Notes: generated by a model not told the origin, from the sequence alone. A DNA stretch of 64,000 nucleotides from Octopus sinensis (GCF_006345805.1 NC_042998.1:25048001-25112000); one strand, 5' to 3'; shown: positions 25,513-37,885, counted from the stretch's first letter. Program-made: numbers and translations.

Positions 25513-26134
25513 ACAAATGGAAATAGTAGTTGTGATACCTGTGCCGGTGGCACATAAAAAGCACCATCCAAACGTGGCTGATGCCAGCGGCGCCTCGAAT
25601 GGCTTCTGTGCCGGTGGCACATAAAAAGCACCGTCCAAACATGGCCGATGCCAGCGCCGCCTCGACTGGCTTCTGTGCCGGTGGCACATAAAAAGCAGCA
25701 TCCAAATGTGGCTGATGCCAGTGCCGCCTCGACTGGCTTCTGTGCTGGTGGCACATAAAAAGCACCATCCGAACATGGCTGATGCCAGCGCCGCCTCGAC
25801 TGGCTTCTGTGCCGGTGGGACATAAAAAGCACCATCCGAGCATGGCCGATGCCAGCGCCACCTTGACTGGCTTCCATGCCAGTGGAACATTAAAAGCACC
25901 AACCGATCGTGGCCGATGCCAGACTCCCCTGGCACTTGTGCCGGTGGCACGTAAAAAGCACCCACTACACTCGCAGAGTGGTTGGCGTTAGGAAGAGCAT
26001 CCAGCTGTAGAAACACTGCCAGATCAGACTGGAGCCTGGTGCAGCCCCTGGCTTCCCAGACCCGGGTCGAACCGTCCAACCCATGCTAGTGTGGAAAACG
26101 GACGTTAAACGATGAAGATGATGATGATGATGAT
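25513..26134 (+). mobile_element. RTE LINE 3' UTR copy with ~6 internal ~62-bp repeats
   Basis: Repeated gtgccggtggcacataaaaagcaccatcc units; (gat)n tail. Confidence 0.85.
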
Positions 26135-26530
26135 ATATAAGGTACAAAATAAAGTACATAATAATCACACATACAAATATTCACATGCTTCTCTTGTACA
26201 TGCACACACATACACATATATACTCACACAACACACAGTTGAAACACTGGTTTTTTTCCACCCCTTCCTATATCTCATTGCTATTACTTTCTCTCACTCC
26301 CTCTCAGTCAGGGCTATTACTCTCACTACTTTTCCTTCACTGAATTAATATTTTCTCTCCTCCTTCACATCCAACGTTATTCTGGACAAATATATATGTG
26401 TGTGTGAGTGTGTGTGTGTGTGTGTGTGCAAATATATAAAAACACTACACTCATTATCATATTAGGTGATCAGGATACGGTAAAAGTAAGATTTTTCTGT
26501 TATTTCTTGCAAATTGAGCAATCATCTTGA

Positions 26531-26788
26531 GCAATGATTCTCAGCCAGGGTTCATATGACCCTTAGGGGTCCATATAAAATGTTTTCCTGTTAAAATGTA
26601 TGTGCAATAAATTGGTTATACTTTTGCAATACACAAAATATTTTAACAATTTTTCTTGCACAATTCTTGATAATATTTAATTATAAAAGTGTATTAGGAT
26701 ATTCTAGACATCAGATTGCTATGAGGGTCCACCTAGGAAAATAGAAATCAAAGAGGTCCTTAGGAAAAAAAAAAGCCAAGAACCACTG
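26531..26788. mobile_element. Probable hAT-type MITE
   Basis: Imperfect TIRs caatgattctca / aagaaccactg; TSD not clean. Confidence 0.45.
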
Positions 26789-27219
26789 CTCTAGAGGGTT
26801 TCTCATTGGCATAATGATATTGCAATATAATTCAATAATGTAAATTAAGGGTAGAAGGAGCTTTGATGTGTGTCATACATATTTGATTTAGCCTTTGGTA
26901 ATTAATATTCTCTTTCCAAATAAAAATATAATACATATTAAAGAATGAACATAAGTGGTTAGATTAAAAATATTTGGGCTACTGGTTTCCTGTTTTTACG
27001 TTTCATCTCTTAACTTGGATGGGAACAGTGCCAAGGACCACTGCAACCCACTACTTTCCATCCTTCCAGGCTGATGAGATCAATATGTTTGATGTTTAGC
27101 TTGATCAACTATAGATTTATGAATGCATTAAAAAAATGTGGAGCAAGAGAGTTCTAGAAAATTACCATTCTGAGGAAGAAGGATTGAAGATTTGGGATTG
27201 TTGTTAGTATGGGACTAAG

Positions 27220-27997
27220 CAGGGCTGTCGCTAAGCCCCTCCAGCCCCTGCAGCTGCAGGGGGCCTCCACGGTTGAGGAGCCCATTGTAAGACCAAAGTG
27301 CGTAGATGAGTTATCTATTTACTTTGGTTAAGATGTTGAACAAGAGTTAAACTATCGATGTTAACTGAAAATTTCAAGACATAAAACGGTAATACATTGT
27401 ACCTGCAAAGGTTCTTGTAAAAATATTACATTGTACCACGAACGTGTACCAGACTTTGTGAATTGTCTATGTTATCTTTGGGCAGGTGTCTTCTACCATA
27501 GCCTCAGGCCAACCAAAGTCTTGTGAGTGGATTTGGTAGACGGAAACTGAAAGAAGCCCGTCGTATATATGTATATATATATATATATGCGTGGGTGTGT
27601 TTGTGTGTCTGTGTTTGTACCCCTAGCATTGCTTGACAACCGATGCTGGTGTGTTTATGTCCCCGTTACTTAGCGGTTCGGCAAAAGAGACCGATAGAAT
27701 AAGTACTGGGCTTACAAAAGAATAAGTCCCGGGGTCGAGTTGCTCGATTAAAAAAAAAGGCGGTGCTCCAGCATGGCCGCAGTCAAATGACTGAAACAAG
27801 TAAAAGAGTAAAAGAATAAAAGAGTTGTATTTTTAAAGATGTTCTTTAGAATAATGTGAAACATTGAACTTCAGATAGAATAAAGTAAAATATAGCTATG
27901 AATAAAATGTGCGTAGATTATGAATTTTGATTGAAGGGGTGGGGGCCTCGAAACAAAAAAGTTTGCAGGGGCCTCTAAAAGTCACATGACGGAGCTG
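27220..27997. mobile_element. Non-autonomous hAT-like element containing a nested SINE fragment (27478-27823)
   Basis: CAG...CTG ends (cagggctgtc / gacggagctg); 8-bp TSD with one mismatch, ggactaag (27212-27219) / gggctaag (27998-28005). Confidence 0.65.
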
Positions 27998-28207
27998 GGG
28001 CTAAGCAGGAAGGAGACATGATAGGGATACAAATGGAAGAGATTTAGAGGATGCAGTAAGTAACTGGTTAGTTGTGATGGGGATAAGCTGTTTGTCATAG
28101 CTGACCCTCAAACACATCTGAGGGTCAGTGATTTTGCGCATTGAAGAGCCAATCTTTGCTAATGAGTCAGATGGTTTTGTTTTTGCATGCAGTTTATGAC
28201 ATTTGTG

Positions 28208-28452
28208 TTAGTACCAGTAATATAAATGGAGGCAGTGAGCTGGCAGAACTGTTAGAAAGCCAGGCAGAGTGCTTAGCAACATTTCATCTGACTTTATGTT
28301 CTGAGTTCAAATTCCACCAAGGTTGACTTTGCCCTTCATCCTTTCGGAGGTCAATAAAATATATACCAGTTGAGCAATGGGTTTGATGCAATCAACTGGC
28401 CCCTTCTCCCAACATTGCAGGCCTTGTACCTATAGTAGAAAGGAATATTATT
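28208..28452 (+). mobile_element. tRNA-derived SINE (central gcccttcatcc block family), diverged
   Basis: ggaggcagtgagctggcagaa head; same core block. Confidence 0.7.
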
Positions 28453-28479
28453 GGAGAGTGTTAGGCCCTGTTCTTTGTC

Positions 28480-29320
28480 TGTATGTACCACTTCAGTGCC
28501 TGTGCACTAAATGAGATTATGGGATTTGGCTGTGAGATATGTGGAGGGATGAGCCTTAAAGGGTATTTTCGGTTTAGTTATCTCACACAGTAAGTAATCC
28601 GGGGATATCAATTGCATTACATCTCTTAGATAGTAAAAGGTACTGGGAAGAGTACTGCATAGTAACCCATGCTGGAGCTTTATAGAGTTTCAGTAATTGA
28701 TCTCACTTTAAGCCTGTTCTGGCCTTGATGAGGTAAGCTGCTACTGAGATAGGGATTTAGCTATAATACATTTATCACAAACAGATATCAGATATTATGA
28801 GCATAAATACTAGCACAGTAGTGAATTTATAGGTTTTAGTTGCAAAATTGTCAAGATTAGAGGAGATGCTGTATTACAGTGATTGTGTATTTGTGGCGTT
28901 AAAGGAGAAAGCCTATTATGTTTCCATTGGAAGATGTTTCTGAAATCCTTGTTTGTAGGGGCAGTGAGGGTATGATGTGACAGGCTTATGTTGACTGAGC
29001 ATTATGCCTACATATGAATGGTTAAGAAAATCTCAAGACTGGTATGATGTGCAGTGTTTGAAGGAGACACCAAAGAAAGTCATTAATGTTCAGGAGGAAG
29101 AGTGTGGAGGGAATATAATTGAACTTTGTGGCACATCAAAGTGGACAGGATGTAGATCAGAAGAAATCCCACAAGTGCACATTGCATTGGTATGAACTGA
29201 CAAAAAAAAAAGGCTTCCATTCTTAGAGATGAGAGTTAGACAGAACCCATAGCTTAACTGGGAGATTCTCATGCCACACTTACTCGAGAATTTTCCTGAC
29301 ATCACATACAGGGACATTAT
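28480..29320 (-). mobile_element. Old Jockey/CR1-group LINE RT remnant
   Basis: Frameshift-tolerant reading gives VWHENL, SYGF, DVPQSSII-PTLFLLNINDFL, FNATNTQ and LLKLYKA in RT order. Confidence 0.6.
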
Positions 29321-29350
29321 TTTCGCTAGCCTTTTTCAAGGTGATAAGTG

Positions 29351-29650
29351 ATCATCATCATCATCATAGTTATCATCATCATCATGGTTTAACATCCACT
29401 TTCTATGATAGCATAGGTTGGACGATTTGACTGAGGACTGGCAGCCAGATGGCTGCACCAGGCTCCAGTCTGATCTGGCAGAGTTTCTACAGCTGGATGC
29501 CCTTCCTAACGCCAACCACTCCCAGAGTGTAGTGGGTGCTTTTACGTGCCACTGGCACGAGGGCCAGTCAGGCGGTACTGGTAATGGCCATGCTCAAATG
29601 GTGTTTTTTACATGCCACTTGCACAGGAGCCATTCCAGCAGCACTGGCAA
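29351..29650 (-). mobile_element. RTE LINE 3' UTR copy
   Basis: Shared RTE 3' blocks; 5' end abuts (TA)n. Confidence 0.8.
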
Positions 29651-30142
29651 TATATATATATATAAATATATATATTTCGTGTTTGTATTTGGTTTGCAAG
29701 ATTCTTTGTGTGAATTAGTGTGTTGAAGCATATTTTATTGTGTCTAGGGAGAGTCTTTCTGTTTTAATGCCTTATTAATTAACACCCTCACCCGTTTAAT
29801 TTCCACTCACTTTTTTATTTTTTCTAAAATTTTCTTGCTTCTTGCAATCTCTTCAATAGTCATTGACATATATATATATATATATATGTATATACATAGA
29901 CATCTCAAAAATAGACAATATTATTTTATCTCTGCAGACATTACCTGGTGCTTTAAACTTGTTAATGTATTACAAAAAAGATATGACAACTAGATTAAGT
30001 ATTTAAACATATCAAATAATATTTTGTTTCTAGAAATAAATATTTCAAACATGATGGAGTCTATTTACTTTTGAGATGTCTGTGCGCATAAATTTATATA
30101 TATATATGTATGTGTACTATAATGTAAGTGATATATAGATAG

Positions 30143-30536
30143 GGTCAGGCATGGCTTTGTGGTAAGAGGCTTGCTTCTCAACCACATGGTTTTGGGTTCA
30201 ATCCCACTTTGTGATTCCTTGGGCAAATGTTTTCAGCTATAGCCTCGGGCCGACCGAGGCCTTGTGAGTGGATTTGATAGACAGAAACTAAAAGAAGCCC
30301 GTCATATAGTGCATATATATATATGTGTGTGTGTTTTTGTGTCTGTGTTTGTCCCCCCATCACTGCTTGAGTGTTGATGTGTTTACATCCCTGTAGCTTA
30401 GCGGTTCGGCAAAAGAGATAGCATCAGTACAAGGCTTTAAAAAAATAAGTCCTGAGGTTGAGTTGTTCGACTAAAAGATTGTGCTCCAGCATGGCCACAG
30501 TCAAAAGACTGAAACAAGTAATAGAATAAAAGAATA
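30143..30536 (+). mobile_element. tRNA-derived SINE
   Basis: Same family as 12021-12459. Confidence 0.8.
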
Positions 30537-30595
30537 TTTATATATATATATTCTTTTATTCTATTACTTGTTTCAGTCATTTGACTGTGGCCATG

Positions 30596-30631
<36 letters not shown>

Positions 30632-30635
<4 letters not shown>

Positions 30636-31008
30636 GTAAATGTAATATGTGGTAATTATTCGGTACCCATGATAAAAATCCGAGTTTCGGATGTCGAGGT
30701 GGAAATCCACGCCACCATCTCTTCAGTTATCCAGCCATCGGAAAAAATGCTCTCAATAAGGACGGTAATTTTCTCCAAAAGTTTCTTAGAGTATAGTTCC
30801 CTTGATGGTATAGGTATGTTTTTCATAGAATAATTTGATGTAGTAGGCATCCATATTGAATTCTTCTGTGGGGCAGCATCCTAAACTGACATTGAGCATT
30901 TTTTCCGATGGCCGAATAATTGAAGAGATGTGGATTTCCACCCCAACATCTGAAACTCTGAGTTTTATCATGGCTACTGAATAATTGTCAGTTATTACAT
31001 TTACAGAT
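30632..31008. mobile_element. Inverted pair of PLE pLTR-like segments with degenerate hammerheads around a PLE N-terminal coding fragment
   Basis: Arms ~30632-30760 and ~30893-31008 are reverse complements. Minus ORF 30656-30850 has NYSMKNIPIPSRELYSKKLLEKI, resembling the start of many PLE ORFs (recalled, not searched). HHR-like motifs at 30671-30731 (-) and 30916-30968 (+). Confidence 0.65.
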
Positions 31009-31074
31009 AAATTCCTCTATTTACATAATATCGAGGTCTCTTTCATTCTTTTGTTGCCTTACCATTTCTATCAA

Positions 31075-31165
31075 TAGCCTTCTGGCTTCCCAGACCCCAG
31101 TTGAACCGGCCAACCCATGCTAGCATGGAAAGTGAACGCTAAATGATGATGATGATGATGATGAT
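31075..31165 (+). mobile_element. Short RTE 3' end
   Basis: ccatgctagcatgg palindrome and (gat)n tail into (TA)n. Confidence 0.7.
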
Positions 31166-31169
31166 ATAT

Positions 31170-31200
<31 letters not shown>

Positions 31201-31296
31201 CATACATATATATATATATATGCATATATATATGTACATACATATATACATATATATATAATATATGTATATACATATATACATATATATATATAT

Positions 31297-31340
<44 letters not shown>

Positions 31341-32057
31341 CATATATATACATATATATATACATAGCGGATGCTAAACGATGATGATGATGATGATATA
31401 TGCATATAAATATATACATATATATATATATAAAACGATGATGATATATGTATGTATGTATATGTATGTATGTATATGTACACATAGTGCAAACATTATC
31501 GGATACAACACTCAGTACAATAAACAGATATGTCTACTGCATAAAAAAAAACGACAATTTACTTGAGTTTTGCTCTTGGCTAGTCGCTTGTTCATACACA
31601 TACATAGACAATATACATACATATGTCCGTATACATGTCTGTCTGTCTTTATCTATGTATGTATTGTTTTCACTGTTTAATTTATGTTTCATATTTGTCT
31701 CTCAGTGCTTCCAATCTATTTGTCTTACACCACTTGCAAACAATATATCTCCCTCTGACAATAGATCTGCCTCAGACATTGGACTCGTCTTCTTCTCTAC
31801 AGTAAAATAATTTATTCCACTTTGTGAACTTTTTGTAATTACTCTATTGTCTTTACTGTTTACCTAAATAATGCTAATTCAACTTTATAATTGAGTGTCT
31901 GGCATGAGAATAATATGCTCCAAGGATTCATATAAATATTCCAATTATGAGAACCATTCAACACATGCTAATCTGTTATCATGTGTGTATGTAGATGCAT
32001 TTGTGTGGATACGCATGGTTGTGTATGCAAGTGCTGCTTAAATGTTAATATGTGTCT

Positions 32058-32489
32058 ACGGCACTTAAAAGGCACCATTCGAGTGTGATCGTTACCAGCG
32101 TCGCCTTACTGGCAACTGAGCCCCGTGCTAGTAGGGTATTAAGAGCACCATCCGAGCGTGATCGTTGCCAGAGCGGCTATCTTGCCTCCATGCCGGTGGC
32201 ATGTAAAAGGTACCATTCGAGTGTGATTGTTACCAGCATCGCCTTACTGGCACCTGTGCTGGCGGCATGTGTAAAAGATTCAAGCGAGGTCGTTGCTAGT
32301 ACCGCCAGACTGGCCCCGTGCCGGTGGCACATAAAAGCACCCACTACACTCTTAGAATGGTTGGCGTTAAGAAGGGCATCCAGCTGTAGAAACTCTGCCA
32401 AATCAAGATTGGAGCCTGGTGCAGCCATCTGGTTTGCCATCCCTCAGTCAAATCGTCCAAGCCATGCTAGCATGGAAAACGGACGTTAA

Positions 32490-32522
<33 letters not shown>
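32058..32522 (+). mobile_element. RTE LINE 3' UTR copy
   Basis: Same subfamily as 1-446. Confidence 0.8.
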
Positions 32523-32523
<1 letters not shown>

Positions 32524-32556
32524 CACACACACACACACACCGACATATATATATAA

Positions 32557-32601
<45 letters not shown>

Positions 32602-33224
32602 CATCATCATCATCGTCGTCATTTAACATCTGCCCTTCAAGCTGGCATGGGTGAGACAGTTTGACAGGAGCTGGCCAGGCACTAATTTTCCCATGTAAGA
32701 AAGAACATTTATCATTTGTTCTAATAAATTTGTAAAAGGGATATGGACTTTTTGACCAATGTTTAATGCCTATTTATTTTTCACCCACCCTGTATATGTG
32801 TGTATATATATATATACATGGCAGAAATACATCCCACATTTGAAAGGTTGACAAAAGGAAAAAAACACAACATTTATGAAAAATTGATTTTAGTGTTGTT
32901 TAAACAATGGGTCACAGTTTTTGTTCATTAGCTAAATGAAAACATTATTGGCACTTGCATAAGTTCATTAGTAACACATAGGTCAAAGTTTAAAATGTGG
33001 GAGGTTTTTCTCTTGCACCCTCTATATAAGTGTGTGTGTGTGTGTATATATATATATATCGTGATGCATATATGCCATTTGAATATGGCTAACCCATAAG
33101 GGTGGATGCTACTGTAGTTTGTAGCCCCAGGAAGATATCTCCTCCAGCTGGCTATAGACACACTATCTGTGTCCTGTCAGTATTTGTGAAGGGGAGTCAT
33201 CCTCCCCGTCTTCAACACATGATA

Positions 33225-33269
33225 CACACGTACCCGAGTTTCAAGGTGTTTACCTTTCATCAGCGTGTG
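33225..33269 (-). ncRNA. Minimal type I hammerhead ribozyme with canonical core
   Basis: Minus strand reads cacacg-CTGATGA-aaggt(aaac)acctt-GAAA-ctcgg-GTA-cgtgtg: perfect 6-bp stem I, perfect 5-bp stem II, GUA site, self-complementary ACTCGGGT. Confidence 0.88.
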
Positions 33270-33495
33270 ACAATCATGGTTGCCGATGAGAAGTCAGATC
33301 CCTTCACAAATACATATACTTTTTCCAGTGTCGATTTGACACTGATATTGAAAAAGTGAAATCAAACAATGATAAATCTCAGAGCGAGTCATAAACAGTA
33401 GCAGTAACACATCGTGATGCATATATGCCATCGACACTGGAAAAAGTATATGTATTTGTGAAGGGATCTGACTTCTCATCGACAACCATGATTGT

Positions 33496-33540
33496 CACAC
33501 GCTGATGAAAGGTAAACACTTTGGAACTCAGGTACGTGTG
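33496..33540 (+). ncRNA. Hammerhead copy with a core mutation (GAAA to GGAA)
   Basis: cacacg-CTGATGA-aaggt(aaac)acttt-GGAA-ctcag-GTA-cgtgtg. Confidence 0.65.
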
Positions 33541-33751
33541 TATCATGTGTTGAAGACGGGGAGGATGACTCCCCTTCACAAATACGGACAGGACACAGAT
33601 AGTGTGTCTATAGCCAGCTGGAGGAGATATCTTCCTGGGGCTACAAACTACAGTAGCATCCACCCTTATGGGTTAGCCATATTCAAATGGCATATATGCA
33701 TCACGATGTGTTACCGCTACTGTTTATAACTCGCTCTGAGATTTATCATTG

Positions 33752-33794
<43 letters not shown>

Positions 33795-33804
33795 ATATAA
33801 ATAT

Positions 33805-35484
33805 AATCAATATAGGGTGGCAAAAAAAAAAAATTTTGTAGAATTTTTTTGCCAGCAGCGGCCTAGTGGGAAAAAATTAAATAGTCATAGACCATTTTTA
33901 AGTTCAACATCAACAATCAAGGAACGGCCATAATAGGCCATTCACCCACTAGAAATAACAGCCAAAGCTTCAACCGCAAATAAAAATCAATTCCGTAAAC
34001 AGGAGAAAATTTAAAAAACATTTACCCTGTAATTTCTTATACGATGCACCGTTTCATCTGCTGTTTAATGGTAAACTAACCTGACCCTATATTGATTAAT
34101 TATGAATTTTCTGGTTAATTCCGTAACGGAATCGACGGCTTATATTTATTTGCTGCCGATAAATTTGGCGCGAGTGCGATGATTTGAAAATTTTAGGTCA
34201 GATATTACCTTGGCAGTGTCGGAAATGCCTCGTGAAAATATCTGTTCCGACTTGTGGCTATTTCTTACTGAAGAATCTGAGGGCCTATGGAAGATTGGCC
34301 TGATTTAATTTAATCAGGTTAGTTTACCATTAAACAGCAGATGAAACGGTGCATCGTATAAGAAATTATAGGGTAAATGTTTTTTAAATTTTCTCCTGTT
34401 TACGGAATTGATTTTTATTTGCGGTTGAAGCTTTGGCTGTTATTTCTAGTGGGTGAATGGCCTATTATGGCCGTTCCTTGATTGTTGATGTTGAACTTAA
34501 AAATGGTCTATGACTATTTAATTTTTTCCCACTAGGCCACTGGTGGCAAAAAAATTCTACAAAATTTTTTTTTTTTTGCCACCCTATATTGATTAATTAT
34601 GAATTTTCTGGTTAATTCCGTAACGGAATCGACGGCTTATATTTATTTGCTGCCGATAAATTTGGCGCGAGTGCGATGATTTGAAAATTTTAGGTCAGAT
34701 ATTACCTTGGCAGGGTCGGAAATGCCTCGTGAAAATATCTGTTCCGACTTGTGGCTATTTCTTACTGAAGAATCTGAGGGCCTATGGAAGATTGGCCTGA
34801 TTTAATTTAATCAGGTTAGTTTACCATTAAACAGCAGATGAAACGGTGCATCGTATAAGAAATTACAGGGTAAATGTTTTTTAAATTTTCTCCTGTTTAC
34901 GGAATTGATTTTTATTTGCGGTTGAAGCTTTGGCTGTTATTTCTAGTGGGTGAATGGCCTATTATGGCCGTTCCTTGATTGTTGATGTTGAACTTAAAAA
35001 TGGTCTATGACTATTTAATTTTTTCCCACTAGGCCGCTGGTGGCAAAAAAATTCTACAAAATTTTTTTTTTTTTTGCCACCCTATATTGATTAATTATGA
35101 ATTTTCTGGTTAATTCCGTAACGGAATCGACGGCTTATATTTATTTGCTGCCGATAAATTTGGCGCGAGTGCGATGATTTGAAAATTTTAGGTCAGATAT
35201 TACCTTGGCAGGGTCGGAAATGCCACGTGAAAATATCTGTTCCGACTTGTGGCTATTTCTTACTGAAGAATCTGAGGGCCTATGGAAGATTGGCCTGATT
35301 TAATTTAATCAGGTTAGTTTACCATTAAACAGCAGATGAAACGGTGCATCGTATAAGAAATTACAGGGTAAATGTTTTTTAAATTTTCTCCTGTTTACGG
35401 AATTGATTTTTATTTGCGGTTGAAGCTTTGGCTGTTATTTCTAGTGGGTGAATGGCCTATTATGGCCGTTCCTTGATTGTTGAT
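33805..35484. repeat. 497-bp unit: 2.8 tandem copies preceded by an inverted 280-bp partial copy
   Basis: Units start at 34085, 34582 and 35080. 33805-34084 is the reverse complement of 34314-34594. Copies differ by only a few substitutions. (TA)n on both sides. Confidence 0.9.
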
Positions 35485-35838
35485 ATATATAAATATATAT
35501 ATTAAATGAAAAATTAGAAGAAAAGTTTTTAAAAAGAATATTTGCATTGTATCCAAATACAAAGAGCATTTTCCTTGTTTCTGCAGAAAAATGCCCCTTG
35601 TATTTTAATACTATGAAAATATTCTTTTAAAAAACTTTTCTTTTAATTTTTCCGAAATTTAATTGTTTTCCATACTTACAGTTGGAAAAGTCTCACTGAC
35701 TGAAACCAGTACTGAAATGTTTTTTATAAAATTATTTTAGCATTTTCTACCTTGACATTTTTCCTTATATATATCAACTCGTGTGTTCCTTTTCAACCTT
35801 CTACATGTGTGTGTGTGTGTGTGTGCGTGCGTGTGTGT

Positions 35839-36420
35839 ATGAGGTCTGATCAATAAGTATCCGGACTGTTGCTATAGTAATGAAGCTAAAGCATGCAGAG
35901 TTAAACTGCTTGGCACAGATTGACCTTGACCTCTGCTGTGCATGTGCACTAAGTTTTAACATTGTAGATCACTTCCACTATTTACAGCAGTGCTTGGAAG
36001 GAAGGTGTGTAGTGTGTGTTCATCGCATGGCTGTGTGGTAAGAAGCCTAGCATTCAAAGCAGAATCCATCGTGTTGCCCCATCTGAAGCCACCTTTCTTG
36101 CCAGTTCTTTGATCCCATGCTCATACCAGTTCTTGTCTTTCAAGGCAAAGAATTCCTCCTTTTGGCTGATGAAGTGTCATGAGTGCAAGAAATGAGCCAT
36201 AGATTGGAACAAGTAATAATCCAAAGGGAGCTAGGTCGAGACTATATATCAGGTGTGGCATCATTTTGATTCCCTCATGTTCCTGAAGCTTATCCTGGGT
36301 TGTTCAGTGAAGGAGTTCTTTGCCTTGAAAGCCAAGAACTGATATCAGCATATGTTCAAAGAACTGGCAAGAAAGGAGGCTTCAAACTGAGCAGCACGGT
36401 GGCCTCTACTTCGAATGCCA
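35839..36420. mobile_element. mariner-derived remnant with an internal inverted duplication
   Basis: TIR-like tatgaggtctgatcaataagtatccggactg. ~36085-36160 and ~36310-36390 are reverse complements, and the latter translates like the mariner C-terminus (EFFA..KN.Y....KELA). Confidence 0.5.
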
Positions 36421-37594
36421 GACTACTTTTGTTGTAACTTGAATAAAGCAAATAATTTACCAAAATATTTCAAAATCTTTGACTCAACACAATAATATAT
36501 TAATCTTATATTGGCAGAATTATCTGTTTTTGTTGTTGTTTAATCCCGAGCTAACAATTATTAGGCTGACTTACATTCAAAGACTCACTTGCTATGACCA
36601 GCATATCTCTTATTCACATTTAATATAGCTAGACACCATTATTCCCTATGGCTTCTTTACAATTTAGAGACTGTTGGATGTGGTTCTAACACAAAATGAC
36701 CATGTACAGCAGTGGTTCCCGAGAAAGAATTTGTGGAATCTTGGAAACCTACAAAAGAAATATCAGGGAAGAATCTCTAGGAGTTACCTTTCATCTTTTC
36801 TCTTTTATTTCTTTCAGTCATTGGACACTGGCCATGCTGGGGCACCACTTTGGAGGATTTAGTCTAGCATATTGACCCTGGTACAAATTCTTGAGTCTGG
36901 TAATTATTCCACTGGTCTCTTTTGCCAAACTGCTAAGTTACAGGGACATTAACAAATTAACGCCAGTTGTCAGGCTGCGGTGGAGTAAAATGCAAAGATA
37001 CATATGGGCGTTTTTATTATAACCCCAGGCTGACCAAAACCTTCCAAGTGGATTTGGCTGATGGAAACTGAAAGATTGTGTTTGTATTTGTCTCCTTACC
37101 ACAATTTCCTGACAACCAGTGTTGGTTTGTTTACATCCCTGTAACTTAACAATTTGGCAAAAACCCCAATAAAATAAGTACCAGACTCAAGATATGTACA
37201 GACAGCGAGGGGGGATCAATTCAAGGCAATGCTCCAGTATGGCCCCAGTCGAATGGCTAATAAGATTAAAAAATAAATGATATGAGGGAAACAGGCATAT
37301 TGATCTTGAGTTTCTCATCATCATGCTCAGTGTGTGTGTTCTGTTTGTTTTTTATTTCATTTAATATCTTTATCCTTCAGACATGATTAATAGAGCTTTT
37401 TTTGTTATTTTTCGATTATAGTTTTAATAAAATTTCTGTTTGAATATTGATTTTTGGTTTAATAGTTGACACTGGGAAGATCATGAATAGCAAAACTTAT
37501 TGTGGGCCAGAATAGAATGGAAGGAGGGCATCAATGGTTATCTTCATTCTTAACAAAAATAAATCTTATATTCATACCTGCTCGCCCACCTTTT

Positions 37595-37668
<74 letters not shown>

Positions 37669-37713
37669 GTCTGTCTGTCTGTTTATCTATCTATCTATTT
37701 ATCTATCTATCTA

Positions 37714-37812
<99 letters not shown>

Positions 37813-37885
37813 GTCTGTCTATCTGTCTGTCTGTCTGTCTGTCTGTATGTCTGTCTGTCTGTCTATCTATCTACCTATCTATCTG
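37595..37885. repeat. (CTAT)n/(CTGT)n microsatellite
   Basis: Directly visible. Confidence 0.95.

Larger units (their letters stand above)
33058..33753. mobile_element. Retrozyme-like 353-nt hammerhead unit plus inverted, circularly permuted second copy
   Basis: 33058-33078 is repeated at 33411-33431 (period 353). 33431-33753 is the reverse complement of the same unit, running across the unit junction. (TA)n on both sides. Confidence 0.8.

Noticed and set aside
25413-26079. Long overlapping ORFs with repeated 'DGAFYVPPAQ' (also 51418-51938 and 58124-58621)
   Set aside because: They come from the ~62-bp tandem repeat in the non-coding RTE 3' UTR; the period is not a multiple of 3.
33102-33663. 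Two nearly identical ORFs on opposite strands
   Set aside because: A by-product of the inverted duplication of the hammerhead unit; no protein similarity recognised.
34140-34216. Hairpin-ribozyme-like ATATTACC with ctgcc/ggcag helix
   Set aside because: The loop A AGAA and loop B AGAAACA strands are missing.
34225-34290. Hammerhead in the 497-bp unit (GAAA at ~34233, CTGAAGA at 34268-34274)
   Set aside because: Stem I cannot form (only ctta between the putative site and the core) and stem II needs a bulge; not supportable by eye.
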